From: a virus
Lineage: Duplodnaviria; Caudoviricetes
Strand: one strand, 5' to 3'
Length of the DNA: 29,164 nucleotides
Virus record (IMG/VR): IMGVR_UViG_3300037518_000370
Coordinates: 1-29,164 of that record
A model generated the notes under the pieces. The model was not told where the DNA came from, ran no database searches, and saw nothing but the letters and a program-made list of their open reading frames with translations. Of this stretch, positions 8,462 through 17,996 are shown piece by piece. A program made the position numbers and the translations under genes. Every line of letters begins with the position of its first letter. Position 1 is the first letter of the stretch.

Positions 8462-9472
8462 TCACATCCCAACCATGCTCGTAATCTGGCCAACTTTATC
8501 CATCCCCCAGTCGCCGTCGTCCTTGGCCCGCTCTTCACCGCGGTACCCCTGACTTACAGCATCTTCCGCAAGCCCCGTCTGGAACATGATGGAATTGTTC
8601 ATCAGGGTCGAGTCGTCTTGAAGCATCGCATCGGTGTTACGCTCTGAAATTCCGGCTAGCTGGCTGCCCAGTCCCATCGTATTGCCGAAGTAGTCCTGAC
8701 CCCTGGTACGCTCAGCCATCTGGGCTTGGGTCGCGGCGTTCATCCCACTGTTGAGTGCATTCAGGCGTTGAGCCTCTGCGGCCATCGCCATCTGGCCCCC
8801 AGAGTTCAGCCACTGTAGTTGATTTTGACTGCCGAGTCGGCCGGAGGTATCCGCCGACGAGGCCAGCTGGCCACCGAGCCCTTGCCATGCCCGCTGCTCG
8901 CCTAGGGCCCTTAGACGATAGTCTGCCTCCCGGTTGGCCTGCTCTGACCTCAGGCCGGTAGAAGCGTCCTGAAGCTGGTCTAGGGCCGCGGATGAGCCAA
9001 ACATGCCTCGAGCGGCCATCTGTCGGTTGATTGAGTCCGACATCTGACCCTCTGCCCGGTCATAGTACTTGTTCAGGTTGGCCTCACGCTGAACGTCCGG
9101 CCGCTCCATGTTCAGATATTCCCGCTCGGCGTAGTTGGATACCGGCCCACCTTGAGCATAGGCGCCCGCATTGCGAGCCTGCCACTCCTGACCCTGGCCA
9201 GGCATGAGAAAACCTCCCACCGTGGCCCCAAAATACTGCTCAGCGGCCCCCTGGTCCATCAGGTTCAGATCCATGCCAGGGTTGGCCTGACCGACCTGAA
9301 GACCTGGTCCTGTCGAGTATTCCTGAAAAGTCCCTGGGGCGCCGATGCCATACCCCTTGTCTTGAGGCGAAGCTCCGCCGATCGCCCCGATGGGATCCAT
9401 ATCCGTCATTCCCATGACGGCCCCCATCTGAGAATCCATCTGGTTTTGAGACCTGATGTCCTGCCCGGCCAT
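8462..9472 (-). CDS. Putative DNA ejection/pilot protein (336 aa)
   Basis: Gln/Gly/Met-rich with an AARGMFGSS motif typical of podovirus internal proteins. Confidence 0.7.
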   Translation of the reverse strand: MAGQDIRSQNQMDSQMGAVMGMTDMDPIGAIGGASPQDKGYGIGAPGTFQEYSTGPGLQVGQANPGMDLNLMDQGAAEQYFGATVGGFLMPGQGQEWQARNAGAYAQGGPVSNYAEREYLNMERPDVQREANLNKYYDRAEGQMSDSINRQMAARGMFGSSAALDQLQDASTGLRSEQANREADYRLRALGEQRAWQGLGGQLASSADTSGRLGSQNQLQWLNSGGQMAMAAEAQRLNALNSGMNAATQAQMAERTRGQDYFGNTMGLGSQLAGISERNTDAMLQDDSTLMNNSIMFQTGLAEDAVSQGYRGEERAKDDGDWGMDKVGQITSMVGM

Positions 9473-9972
9473 TAGATCCAGCTTTCCTGGCCGCTCGTCT
9501 GGTTAGGGGACTGATACCTCGCACCTTCGGTGTTTGGGTCTCCCCACCCGAACGAACGAACCAAAGCGCCAACCTGTGGACCAGCCAATTGACTCAAGTA
9601 GCCACCACCATCACCACTCGGGTTGACGGGCTGTCCCTGTTGCATCATCGACGGACCCATGGGGTTTTGCTGCATTTGAGATGGGTCAACGCTTGCCCCC
9701 TGCCCGTACATCTGAGCCAAGGCGTTGTTAGCTGGTTGATAGGCGCTCATGGAGTTGCGCATACCATTCATTCGAGCCTGGGCCACCTCGGGCCGATAGG
9801 CCCCGTACGCCGCACCTGCGTTCTGCATCTGTTGGAGTTTAAACTCCTCATTGGGGTCACTGAAGAACTGCCCAGCGATGGGCTGCTCGTGCATGTTTAG
9901 CTCAAAGCCGGTACCGCCGAACGCACCGCCTCCTCCACCCATCCGACTAGCTCCAACACCTCCTGCTGACAT
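9472..9972 (-). CDS. Putative small internal virion protein (166 aa)
   Basis: Gly/Gln/Met-rich. GGAAGGAG SD and TAATG coupling. Confidence 0.6.
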   Translation of the reverse strand: MSAGGVGASRMGGGGGAFGGTGFELNMHEQPIAGQFFSDPNEEFKLQQMQNAGAAYGAYRPEVAQARMNGMRNSMSAYQPANNALAQMYGQGASVDPSQMQQNPMGPSMMQQGQPVNPSGDGGGYLSQLAGPQVGALVRSFGWGDPNTEGARYQSPNQTSGQESWI

Positions 9973-9985
9973 AATATCTCCTTCC

Positions 9986-11419
9986 TCAGTCTACTAAAAC
10001 GTCGAATTCTTCGATTGCGCTGACCAGCTCTAGCTCTACATCTGCCGAAAACTCAAAAACCCATTGTCGCTTACGATACACCCCAAGCGACCTCAAAACC
10101 ACCACCTGAGCAGTATCACCAGAAAGTCCCAATTCCACCGGGATTCTCGATAGGGGCTCACCCGGCTCATCCCTATACGAGATGAACGCTACCGGCTCTT
10201 CCGTGGCCCCTAGGCCGCGACGCAAGGACAGCCTCACGGCCCGGCAGTGCTTCCTCTTTTCGGTCTTGCGGTTCAGAAACCCAGTCTCCGTGTACGCCAC
10301 AATCGGCAAGTCGCCAAAGTCGGAAGACTCACCCATTTTCAATTTCAGAACACGCCCGTCACCCGTACCAACCAAGTTCTCCTTGTTGCCAGGGTTGAAG
10401 GCGAAGCTCGTCACCGGGAACTGGCCCCACCCATGCTGACCATAGCTGCTCCACTGTGACCACCCACCTCCCTTCGAGTAGACGAAGGTCTTCCCGCCGG
10501 TAGGGAACGTCCACACGTAGGCGTCAACCGGCCCCAAGGCGACCCAATACCCAAAGCAGTCCAACACGCTGCTCATATCGTCCAGGCTCTGCTGAATTGG
10601 ATCGGACAGCACTTCAAAGGTACGGCCGTTGCTCGCGACGAAGCGACGAAGCTGGTCGAGCCAAACGAACTCCTGATCTCGCTTCACCACGCTATAGGGA
10701 GCGCTGATCCCAAACTCTCGGGTCGAGACGGGCGAATAAACGAAAGATGGGTCAGGGGCAAAGACCTGCACACTGGTGGTTCCGAAGACGAAAACCTCGT
10801 TGGTATTCTCCCCAAGCGCTAACACGGGGTCAGGTCTACCCTCAGCAGAAATGATCCCGCTGTCACCTGCACCCAATCCCCACTCCTCATGTCCGGCGTA
10901 GGATGAGCCAGAGGCAAGTCCCGAGTACTGAATCTGGCTCCGGGTCGCCAGGTCATTCGCAACGAGACGGAGCTTATTGGCTATGATGTGAGAGCAATGC
11001 GGTGGTCCGCCCTCAATATTGGTCACCTCGTTGTCCTCAAAGACTAGCTTCTTCGGCGCCTCGCCGGCCGTAATGGCCAGGATGGCCTCGGTCTCAGCAA
11101 ACACCGGACGCTGTCCTCCCCGCAAGCTACCCCCAGCCCCGTTGACGATGGCCGAGGCGGTCTCGCTGACCTGATACAGGGTCCTGTTAACCGCGGCCGA
11201 AGCGGCATATACCTTCCCGTTTTGGGCCACGATGAGCCCGTCTAGACCATCGGAATCGACCACGCCCGACGTGATGTCAGTAGCCGCCACCAGGGCCGGA
11301 CGGCGACGTACAGTCCCCGACTTTTCAACGATGACGTTCTGTGCAACGGGTGAGGACCCAGCCAGCTCACTGAGCCCGGTGGCCTGGGACGCCCCGAAGT
11401 CGATGAGATCCTCAGCCAT
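9986..11419 (-). CDS. Tail hub / packaged-DNA stabilisation protein (P22 gp10-like beta-propeller)
   Basis: SAEGRPDPV, VFVFGTTSVQVF, GISAPYSV and LRSLGVYRKR motifs; size 477 aa. Confidence 0.8.
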   Translation of the reverse strand: MAEDLIDFGASQATGLSELAGSSPVAQNVIVEKSGTVRRRPALVAATDITSGVVDSDGLDGLIVAQNGKVYAASAAVNRTLYQVSETASAIVNGAGGSLRGGQRPVFAETEAILAITAGEAPKKLVFEDNEVTNIEGGPPHCSHIIANKLRLVANDLATRSQIQYSGLASGSSYAGHEEWGLGAGDSGIISAEGRPDPVLALGENTNEVFVFGTTSVQVFAPDPSFVYSPVSTREFGISAPYSVVKRDQEFVWLDQLRRFVASNGRTFEVLSDPIQQSLDDMSSVLDCFGYWVALGPVDAYVWTFPTGGKTFVYSKGGGWSQWSSYGQHGWGQFPVTSFAFNPGNKENLVGTGDGRVLKLKMGESSDFGDLPIVAYTETGFLNRKTEKRKHCRAVRLSLRRGLGATEEPVAFISYRDEPGEPLSRIPVELGLSGDTAQVVVLRSLGVYRKRQWVFEFSADVELELVSAIEEFDVLVD

Positions 11420-13074
11420 TATTCCCCCGCCGATGCAATATCCTCACCTACCTGGTACCATGCAGCGTCTTCAGCATCCCCGTCCGATGGGGAAATGGCC
11501 TGCATCTGCCAAGAGCTGAAGGCGTTGGCCCCCGCAGCAACAGTGGATGGACTCAGAATGAAGTCGGCAGCGTCTGGGGTGATGTTTCCAGACCCAACAC
11601 CGCCAGTATTACGAAGGACCACCCGGGCAAGCTGATTAAACGGAAAGTGAGCAGTGGTGACGGCGAAGTTTTGATTGCCGTCGATGTTCACGATGACAGT
11701 GTCGTAGTTGGCCAAATCCAGGACAAGGTCAGTGGTATCAGCCCCGTGGTCGTACTGAATCACCCTCCCGATGCGACCGCCTAGGTGCAGGCGCCCATTA
11801 AAGCTTCCCAATACGGCAAATAGGTAAGATCCGTTAGTCGCCAAGTCGCAGGGGTGCTGAGTGCCATCTTCATAAACACTCTCCGTATCGGAATTGGCAG
11901 AAAACAAGGCTAAGTCGGTTGCCCCTGCAAGCGTCGGAAACCTACACCCTCTTGCGTCTAAGCTCAGCCTCGCCTGAATCAGGCCAAGCACACCATTCCC
12001 AGCTGCGCCAACTAGCTTAAATTCACAGTTCTTGAGTTCAAGCCTGTCGGCGGAGATAGGTCTATTGCCATCGTTGTCCACTAGATCAAACAGACAATCC
12101 TCGAAACCTAGAAGATTATCCGAATCTGAGAAAGCACTCACCAGCCCTCCACCGGTAAGCGTAGATTTGATATTGCAGTGCTTAAAACGCACCGACCCTC
12201 CAGCGCGCCCAACAAACAAGAATAGGCCGCTGCCTTGGTTGTAGAAAAGGCAGTCCTCAAACAAGACACCGTAGCCGCCGGATCTCGTATCTACCAGGCT
12301 ACCATCACCCCCTGTAGAGCGAGTGAAGGTGAGCCCCCTGATGTATTGACGCTGCTCGACCTCTGTTCCAACAAACTTCAAAAGGTCCTGCGTTGCGCTC
12401 GTCAAGACAAGGCGCGCACCGAAAGCGGTGTTAGCGCTTACCCCGAGCAGGTTCACCTGAGAAGGCAACTGTAGGGCTTGGCTGATGCGATAGTCGCCGA
12501 CCGGAAAGAAAACGATGCCGCCGGTCGCGTTGGATGCCGCCGTAATGGCCGCTTGAATCGCCGCAAAGTCATCTGTAGCGCCATCCCCAAGGGCCCCGAA
12601 TGCCGGAGACTTGACATTGTAGAACACCCCAGCCAGCGCTGACACGGCAGCTTCAAGAGTGGTGGCTGAGCCCTCAAAGAGCACATTGAAGTCTGCTGCC
12701 CCGGCAGACACCAGCCACTTGTCCAACACGCTCTTCAGGTTTGTGGGTTGGCCTGCCTCTGTTGTTTGTCCATCGTAGGACGTGCCGGTGAATCCCGAGC
12801 TGATCAGCTCGGTCCCAGTTGCTTGCGAGCCGGCAACGAACTCCCTGATCAGAAGACCTCCAGCATCGTACACGAGCACATTGACGAACTCATTCACATA
12901 CACCACTACCGCACCGTTCTCATCGAGCGGGATGGCAGCCCCCGTCGTCACGAGGCTAGTGGCCTCAAAATACAGGTAGTAGCTTGCTGGTGTTGAAGTG
13001 CCGCGACGATATAAGCGAGCCGTGCCGTTGTTGGCCCCGTTGATACCAGCCGCAAGCGGAGAGACGAGATGCAT
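11419..13074 (-). CDS. Tailspike with pectate-lyase-3-like right-handed beta-helix
   Basis: NVK..FGALGDGATDDFAAIQAAI...GGIVFFPVGDYRI signature followed by beta-helix repeats (FEDCLF, FKHCNI). Confidence 0.85.
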   Translation of the reverse strand: MHLVSPLAAGINGANNGTARLYRRGTSTPASYYLYFEATSLVTTGAAIPLDENGAVVVYVNEFVNVLVYDAGGLLIREFVAGSQATGTELISSGFTGTSYDGQTTEAGQPTNLKSVLDKWLVSAGAADFNVLFEGSATTLEAAVSALAGVFYNVKSPAFGALGDGATDDFAAIQAAITAASNATGGIVFFPVGDYRISQALQLPSQVNLLGVSANTAFGARLVLTSATQDLLKFVGTEVEQRQYIRGLTFTRSTGGDGSLVDTRSGGYGVLFEDCLFYNQGSGLFLFVGRAGGSVRFKHCNIKSTLTGGGLVSAFSDSDNLLGFEDCLFDLVDNDGNRPISADRLELKNCEFKLVGAAGNGVLGLIQARLSLDARGCRFPTLAGATDLALFSANSDTESVYEDGTQHPCDLATNGSYLFAVLGSFNGRLHLGGRIGRVIQYDHGADTTDLVLDLANYDTVIVNIDGNQNFAVTTAHFPFNQLARVVLRNTGGVGSGNITPDAADFILSPSTVAAGANAFSSWQMQAISPSDGDAEDAAWYQVGEDIASAGE

Positions 13075-13871
13075 CAGACATTCACCTCAGAATTGCCGGT
13101 GAAAATACCGCCAAGCATATAGAAGTTGCTAGACGAGTTGATTTTGAAATCTGCCCCATTCAACAGCGAAGGATTTCGTACTCTGAGAGGCAGAGCACTT
13201 TCCTGACTAAAAGCCGCGTTCGACCAAGGGGAAATGCCACCGTCGAAAATGCAAGAATCTAATGTGAGGGCGCCCGCCGTCTGATTCAACCCGGTCACGG
13301 GGGGCGTGCTGAGGTCCGTCTCGGTGCTTATCCACTCGCAGTTCTTAGCCTCGCCAGAGGCTGAAGACTGAACCGAGGTTGCCGTCAGGGTTGCATCGCA
13401 CTCGAAAACACAATCTATTAGGCGCCATCCCGCCGACTCCATTGACAGGTGATACCCGACATCCGCGCTCGCGTGAACCTCAAACCACACGTTTCGGATT
13501 TCAATGTCGGCGGCGGTGACCTGAATTGTTCCGTCGCCTGAACTCATATCCCATTGCAACTTAACCGTAGGGCGGTTGTTCCCGTCCTTGCCTGAGCCCA
13601 CTACCACCAAAGCCGCCAACGAAAGCGTCACCTCGGTCGTTATGGTTTCGTTATGGCCGTCGAGCAGTACGATGATGTCCCCCGCCACAGCAGCCGCAAC
13701 CGCATAAGCCAACGTAGCCATCGGATTCTCTTCCCCGACTCCATACCCAGCCGAGTCAACACCGTTGGTGGAATGCACATACCAAATGCTGCCGCCCGTG
13801 ATGAGAGGCTCCCCAGTAACCAGATCGTCGCCAAGTAGCTGGCCAATTCCATTGCCGTGATATTTGGCCAT
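13074..13871 (-). CDS. Beta-helix (pectin-lyase fold) virion protein
   Basis: WYVHS..G.D....G..E.NPMATLAYA....AGDIIVLLDGHNE motif. Confidence 0.7.
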   Translation of the reverse strand: MAKYHGNGIGQLLGDDLVTGEPLITGGSIWYVHSTNGVDSAGYGVGEENPMATLAYAVAAAVAGDIIVLLDGHNETITTEVTLSLAALVVVGSGKDGNNRPTVKLQWDMSSGDGTIQVTAADIEIRNVWFEVHASADVGYHLSMESAGWRLIDCVFECDATLTATSVQSSASGEAKNCEWISTETDLSTPPVTGLNQTAGALTLDSCIFDGGISPWSNAAFSQESALPLRVRNPSLLNGADFKINSSSNFYMLGGIFTGNSEVNV

Positions 13872-14554
13872 TACCCATGCCCCATGTAGAATTGTTGCGG
13901 ACCACGCTGGTGGGCCTTGCCTTTGGCCTTTTGTAAAAGGTGCATCGCCTCGCTTAGGAGATGCTTGGACTTCCCGTCCAAAGATGCCCCTTGTGCCAAC
14001 TTGGCAGCAAGTGCCGTCACTAGATACTGGTACCAGTACGAGCGAAGGTCGGGGTTCTTATCCCCCTGGTCTACGTCGGCCAAGAGCCGATGAGCCTCAA
14101 TGGTTAGAGTCCCGTCCACATTCGGCACGCTCCACAGCTTGAGGACGATAGCCTCGCCCTCCCGATGAGGGTAGACGAGCGTCGGGTGGCTGGACTCTGT
14201 AGTCTTATTGGTCAGGAGTTGATAGCGGTTTCGGTTGATGAGTTGGCATGCCGTCTCGATCACTTCCCCGTCTCGCATGAACATCGGGGTTCCGATCACA
14301 TCGAGCACATCTTCGTTTAGCGTGTATTCAGCCACCCCGGAAACGATATCCACCGTCTGAAACTTCACTGACCGAGCAAAGACCCCCTCGGTAGCCAGCT
14401 CGTCGATGATGAGTTCCAGCTCATCCTTGGCCGCTGAAAGTTCTACCGTCGTCAAGGATGGTTGATTGATGCTCTTCAGGCCTGCCCGTCTAAACGCCAG
14501 TAGGCTGAGCTGGGCCACCGAGAACTTGCGCCCCACGCTGCTCGACAGGGTCAT
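13871..14554 (-). CDS. Head-tail adaptor / tail tubular protein A (P22 gp4 / T7 gp11-like)
   Basis: N-terminal helices (AFRRAG..L..AKDELELIIDEL), G..EYTL, LKLWSVP and a C-terminal LAAKLA helix. Confidence 0.75.
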   Translation of the reverse strand: MTLSSSVGRKFSVAQLSLLAFRRAGLKSINQPSLTTVELSAAKDELELIIDELATEGVFARSVKFQTVDIVSGVAEYTLNEDVLDVIGTPMFMRDGEVIETACQLINRNRYQLLTNKTTESSHPTLVYPHREGEAIVLKLWSVPNVDGTLTIEAHRLLADVDQGDKNPDLRSYWYQYLVTALAAKLAQGASLDGKSKHLLSEAMHLLQKAKGKAHQRGPQQFYMGHG

Positions 14555-14820
14555 TCGTCGAGCTCCGCGGCTGGATCCATATTGGTGTGGTCAGGCGGCT
14601 CGACCATCGGGCCAAGATTCGAAGAAGCGTTAGCCACCTCATCATCGAGGGTGACGCCATCCCGATAGCCCGTTCCGATGCAGTCCCTACAGTACAGCTT
14701 CTCGTCCCGTAGGCGTCTCATGGTGCTCCTTCGCCAGGGTACACCACAGATATCGCAAGTCGTAACGTAATCGCCCCTAGGGGCCGATTTGGGCCAGCGT
14801 CGTGATACCGTGAGAGTCAT
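14551..14820 (-). CDS. Small C4 zinc-ribbon protein
   Basis: CDICG...CRDC motif; ATGA coupling to the adaptor gene. Confidence 0.75.
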   Translation of the reverse strand: MTLTVSRRWPKSAPRGDYVTTCDICGVPWRRSTMRRLRDEKLYCRDCIGTGYRDGVTLDDEVANASSNLGPMVEPPDHTNMDPAAELDE

Positions 14821-14859
14821 GGGACCTTTCTGGGCCCCCGGCGGTGGCCCCGCTACCCT

Positions 14860-15798
14860 TTAGGTAACGACTGCGGGAGCGAGTAGGCCAGACGTGTTCT
14901 TGGTGTCCGACCCGTAGTTCTCGAAGCAGCGCATCAGACACGCCGCGTTGAGTTCGATGGTATCGGCGACCGGGGTTCCCGCCTCAACTGATACATAGTT
15001 GCCCACAATCCAACCGGTGGCCGCAAAAGCACCGCACCCGATACCAGTTTCCGAAGAAGTCAGGTTGTTGGTGATGATGTTGTCCTTGATCATCAGCCGG
15101 GTAGCCGCAGCACCAATTCGAATCGGTCCGGTCGAAACCGCACCAGTCGCACAGAAGATTTCGTTGCCTTCGATACGAAGCCCGTCGACGGCGGCCGCCA
15201 CGAGAATCGCATCCGTGACAGCGGCTGAGGCCAACCCATGAATCTGGTTGCCAATCAGTTGAGACCCAACCGAACCGGTACCGAACTCAATGGCGATGAC
15301 GGCGGCAGAGGTCGCGTTCCCCACGTCGATGTCACACCGAGTCACCAACGTGTTCGCGCCAGTGATGTTCAGTGCCTTGACCACAGCAGCCCCGTTGAGC
15401 TGAAGGTTCAGTCCGGCAACCATCACGTCTGCCTTGTCCAGCGTCCACTGAGATGCGGTTTCGGTGAAGGTAAACTTCGGCCGCATCGTGCCGTTGCCTA
15501 CCCCTACGATACGGGTACCCTCAACAAGGCCGTCCAGCATCGTTGCATCCTCAACATCCTCCGTATGGCCAGGCAGGACCACGATGATGTCCCCTTTGCC
15601 GGCCCTGGCGTACGGCAAGGCAGCCGCTAGGGTCGTTACGAGCCGGCTCTCAACAGAGAGTGGGTCAAGGTCGGCAAAGCCGCTTGACCGTACGTAAGCG
15701 GCCACGCGACCCCCGGGAGGAAGAAGCAACCCGAACTCGGTGACCAAGCCCGCTTCCAGATTCGAAAGGGGCAATTGAGAGAAAAAGTTTGCTGACAT
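14860..15798 (-). CDS. Beta-helix structural protein following the major capsid gene
   Basis: TLAAAL...AGKGDIIVVLPGHTE and IxGN repeats. AAGGAG SD overlaps the capsid stop codon. Confidence 0.75.
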   Translation of the reverse strand: MSANFFSQLPLSNLEAGLVTEFGLLLPPGGRVAAYVRSSGFADLDPLSVESRLVTTLAAALPYARAGKGDIIVVLPGHTEDVEDATMLDGLVEGTRIVGVGNGTMRPKFTFTETASQWTLDKADVMVAGLNLQLNGAAVVKALNITGANTLVTRCDIDVGNATSAAVIAIEFGTGSVGSQLIGNQIHGLASAAVTDAILVAAAVDGLRIEGNEIFCATGAVSTGPIRIGAAATRLMIKDNIITNNLTSSETGIGCGAFAATGWIVGNYVSVEAGTPVADTIELNAACLMRCFENYGSDTKNTSGLLAPAVVT

Positions 15799-15808
15799 TG
15801 TCTGCTCC

Positions 15809-16723
15809 TTAGGCGTTCACGCCGTACGCGCACCGCGCGTCTACCCAACCGCGACTCCAGCGAGCCGCCACCGAAAACTTCATCACCATGTTGTCGTTCT
15901 CTCTCCAGCTATTGGAGCGAGGGGCGTACTTCTGGCGAAGGCATAGGCCGTACTCACAATCGGTCAACAACAACCAATTGGTCGTGGTGTTCGTCCAGTA
16001 CTTCACCGGCACCGGGGTAATACCCAGGCTCCTGATGACGTTCACCTTGGCAAAGTTTCCAGGCTCGGGGTCCATCTTCGAGTCGAGGATACCGGCCCAC
16101 TTCGCCCACTGCTCAGTCGGGTGAACCACCTTCTTCGGCTCCTGGCCCTCGATTGTGCCATCGTGCCCCGGGAACTTCCGGATAGCGCTGGTAGCGATGC
16201 TCAGGGCCAGCGTAGACGGGCTCATTGCCGTCGCCGCCAGGTTGGACCAACTCCCGCCATTCGGAAGTGTATGTGAAGCCGAAATCAGCGGCTGGCCATC
16301 GCCACCCACGTAGCTCGAGTTGAAGGCCCGAATCAGGATTGACGCCATGTCGTAGTCCTGAGTCTTGAACATGGCACGCTTGAGCCGCTTCGCGCCGTCA
16401 AGAGCCTTCGGGTACTTCGTATCCTCGATCACCTCTTCACTGAAGATTAGCTTCAGGGCGAAGGTACGAAGGAGGAAGCGCGTGATGGCGCCTTCTTGGA
16501 TACCGCCCACTGTAATCGGAGCCATCTCCTCCTTTTCGGAAGCGAGCGATGGGCCCGACATCTCCAAGAAGTCCTCGTAGTGGTCAGTCTGCTTCTTCTT
16601 GTCGGCATACATCGGCCAGACAAGCGAAGATTCTACATTGTCGCGCTTGTCGTCGACAATCGCCTCCAGCACCGGCTTGAGGGTGTTGAAAACGCTTGCT
16701 GTGAAAATTCCGTTGCTACTCAT
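15809..16723 (-). CDS. Major capsid protein (HK97 fold)
   Basis: 304 aa; EKEEMAPI..QEG, TFAL...SEEVIED and GGDGQPLISASH motifs. AAGGAG SD; position after the scaffold gene. Confidence 0.88.
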   Translation of the reverse strand: MSSNGIFTASVFNTLKPVLEAIVDDKRDNVESSLVWPMYADKKKQTDHYEDFLEMSGPSLASEKEEMAPITVGGIQEGAITRFLLRTFALKLIFSEEVIEDTKYPKALDGAKRLKRAMFKTQDYDMASILIRAFNSSYVGGDGQPLISASHTLPNGGSWSNLAATAMSPSTLALSIATSAIRKFPGHDGTIEGQEPKKVVHPTEQWAKWAGILDSKMDPEPGNFAKVNVIRSLGITPVPVKYWTNTTTNWLLLTDCEYGLCLRQKYAPRSNSWRENDNMVMKFSVAARWSRGWVDARCAYGVNA

Positions 16724-16733
16724 GCTCGGCTCC

Positions 16734-17375
16734 TTATGTGCCCGTCGTAGTAGACCATGGCAAAGACACCTCGTTTGCAGTAACGAGTAGCTTCACGTTG
16801 GCCCCGGAGAAGTCTGCGTTGTTTCGCGTAGGACTCACGTCCCACAAGCGAAAGCTCAGGGCAGTCGTCGCATGGCTGGAGATGTCCAGCTGAGGGTCAG
16901 CCTTACCCGTGATTCCGTTCGTGTTGACGAAATCACAGTTCTCCCCGAAGAATGCACGATAGGCGGCCAACGTCGCGGCGGTCGTCGCCTCATCCGCATC
17001 AATCTCCCAGACGATATCCGGCATCATCGGAATCACCAGCACTTCACTGCGTCGCTCCTCAAGCGTTCCCCAGGCGGTACCGCCGGGGAGAGCATTACCC
17101 GGGGTCATCTTGGTGCCATTCCAATACGGGCGCACACTGGCAATCACCCCAAACATCAGGTCAGCATCGCCACCCGACTCTTCAGAGCCTTCCGCCAGCA
17201 CCACGTATCCCGTGGATAGCCGCTTGACGATATCCCCAGGCCGCAAATCGACGTTACCTCCACCATTTACCGCTCCTTGATAGCCGCTGGCCACCGGGCA
17301 AACGATGGGCGTCGGGTGCTGAGCGCCCGACAATGTCTTGTGGAACCTGAGCCCGTAAACTTTTGCGTTATCCAT
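16734..17375 (-). CDS. Putative capsid decoration/cement protein
   Basis: Start reassigned to ATG at 17375 (GGGAG SD; MDNAKVYGLR). Contains PGDIVK; directly upstream of the major capsid gene. Confidence 0.6.
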   Translation of the reverse strand: MDNAKVYGLRFHKTLSGAQHPTPIVCPVASGYQGAVNGGGNVDLRPGDIVKRLSTGYVVLAEGSEESGGDADLMFGVIASVRPYWNGTKMTPGNALPGGTAWGTLEERRSEVLVIPMMPDIVWEIDADEATTAATLAAYRAFFGENCDFVNTNGITGKADPQLDISSHATTALSFRLWDVSPTRNNADFSGANVKLLVTANEVSLPWSTTTGT

Positions 17376-17790
17376 AATTGGTTGCTCCCAACCGCTGGGT
17401 GTCATTCTCTACATTCACACCGCGGCCTACGCCGCGCATCGGGTCGGCTAGCCCGCGCTTGTCGATGAGCTTCTTTTCAACGGCGTTGGCCTGCTCCTGG
17501 CCCTCTTGCTCGATCGCCAGCTTCTCCGCCATCGTAATGCGCATCAGCGTCCCGCCACCCGGATACTGCCATTTGTCGCCTACCCACTCACCACCACGGG
17601 TGGTGCAAGCCTTCTCCTCATTCGGCTGGTCCTCATACCCGAGAGCCAAGTACATTTGGCGCGTCTCGGGATCGTTCTGAACCAGAACGTAGTGGTAGTC
17701 TGGGCTGGCGTTCTGAAGCTCCACGCCAGCCATGAAGGCGTTGATGCGCCGTGACTTGGGTGGGTCAATCCGTTTTCGCGCTGCTGCCAT
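17368..17790 (-). CDS. Head-module hypothetical protein
   Basis: GGAG SD; PDYHYVLV..GYE..GGGTLMRI pattern; lies between scaffold and capsid genes. Confidence 0.7.
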   Translation of the reverse strand: MAAARKRIDPPKSRRINAFMAGVELQNASPDYHYVLVQNDPETRQMYLALGYEDQPNEEKACTTRGGEWVGDKWQYPGGGTLMRITMAEKLAIEQEGQEQANAVEKKLIDKRGLADPMRGVGRGVNVENDTQRLGATNYG

Positions 17791-17940
17791 GCAATCTCCA
17801 GTTCGTCACTTTGCAAAGCCGATGGGCTTCCTCAGAGATTCAGGCGGCATGGTTGAGGCACCACGCACCGGCTCGGACGCTCTGACTGGCAGTCTTTGCG
17901 GCCGATGAGCAAAGGAAAGCACAGGGTGCCCAGTGAAGTC

Positions 17941-17988
17941 AAATAAAAAAGCCCTGGCCGTCAGTGAAAGGGCAAGCTGACGGCCAGG
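17941..17988 (-). terminator. Rho-independent terminator after the scaffold gene
   Basis: Perfect 12-bp stem (CCTGGCCGTCAG 17953-17964 / CTGACGGCCAGG 17977-17988) followed on the minus strand by GCTTTTTTATTT. Confidence 0.85.
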
Positions 17989-17996
17989 ACGTAAGC

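Noticed and set aside
14821-14859. Terminator after the 312-aa gene
   Set aside because: Only a short GC stem and no U-tract.
15798-15811. Capsid readthrough fusion into the beta-helix gene
   Set aside because: The downstream gene is out of frame, has its own AAGGAG SD, and no slippery sequence is evident.
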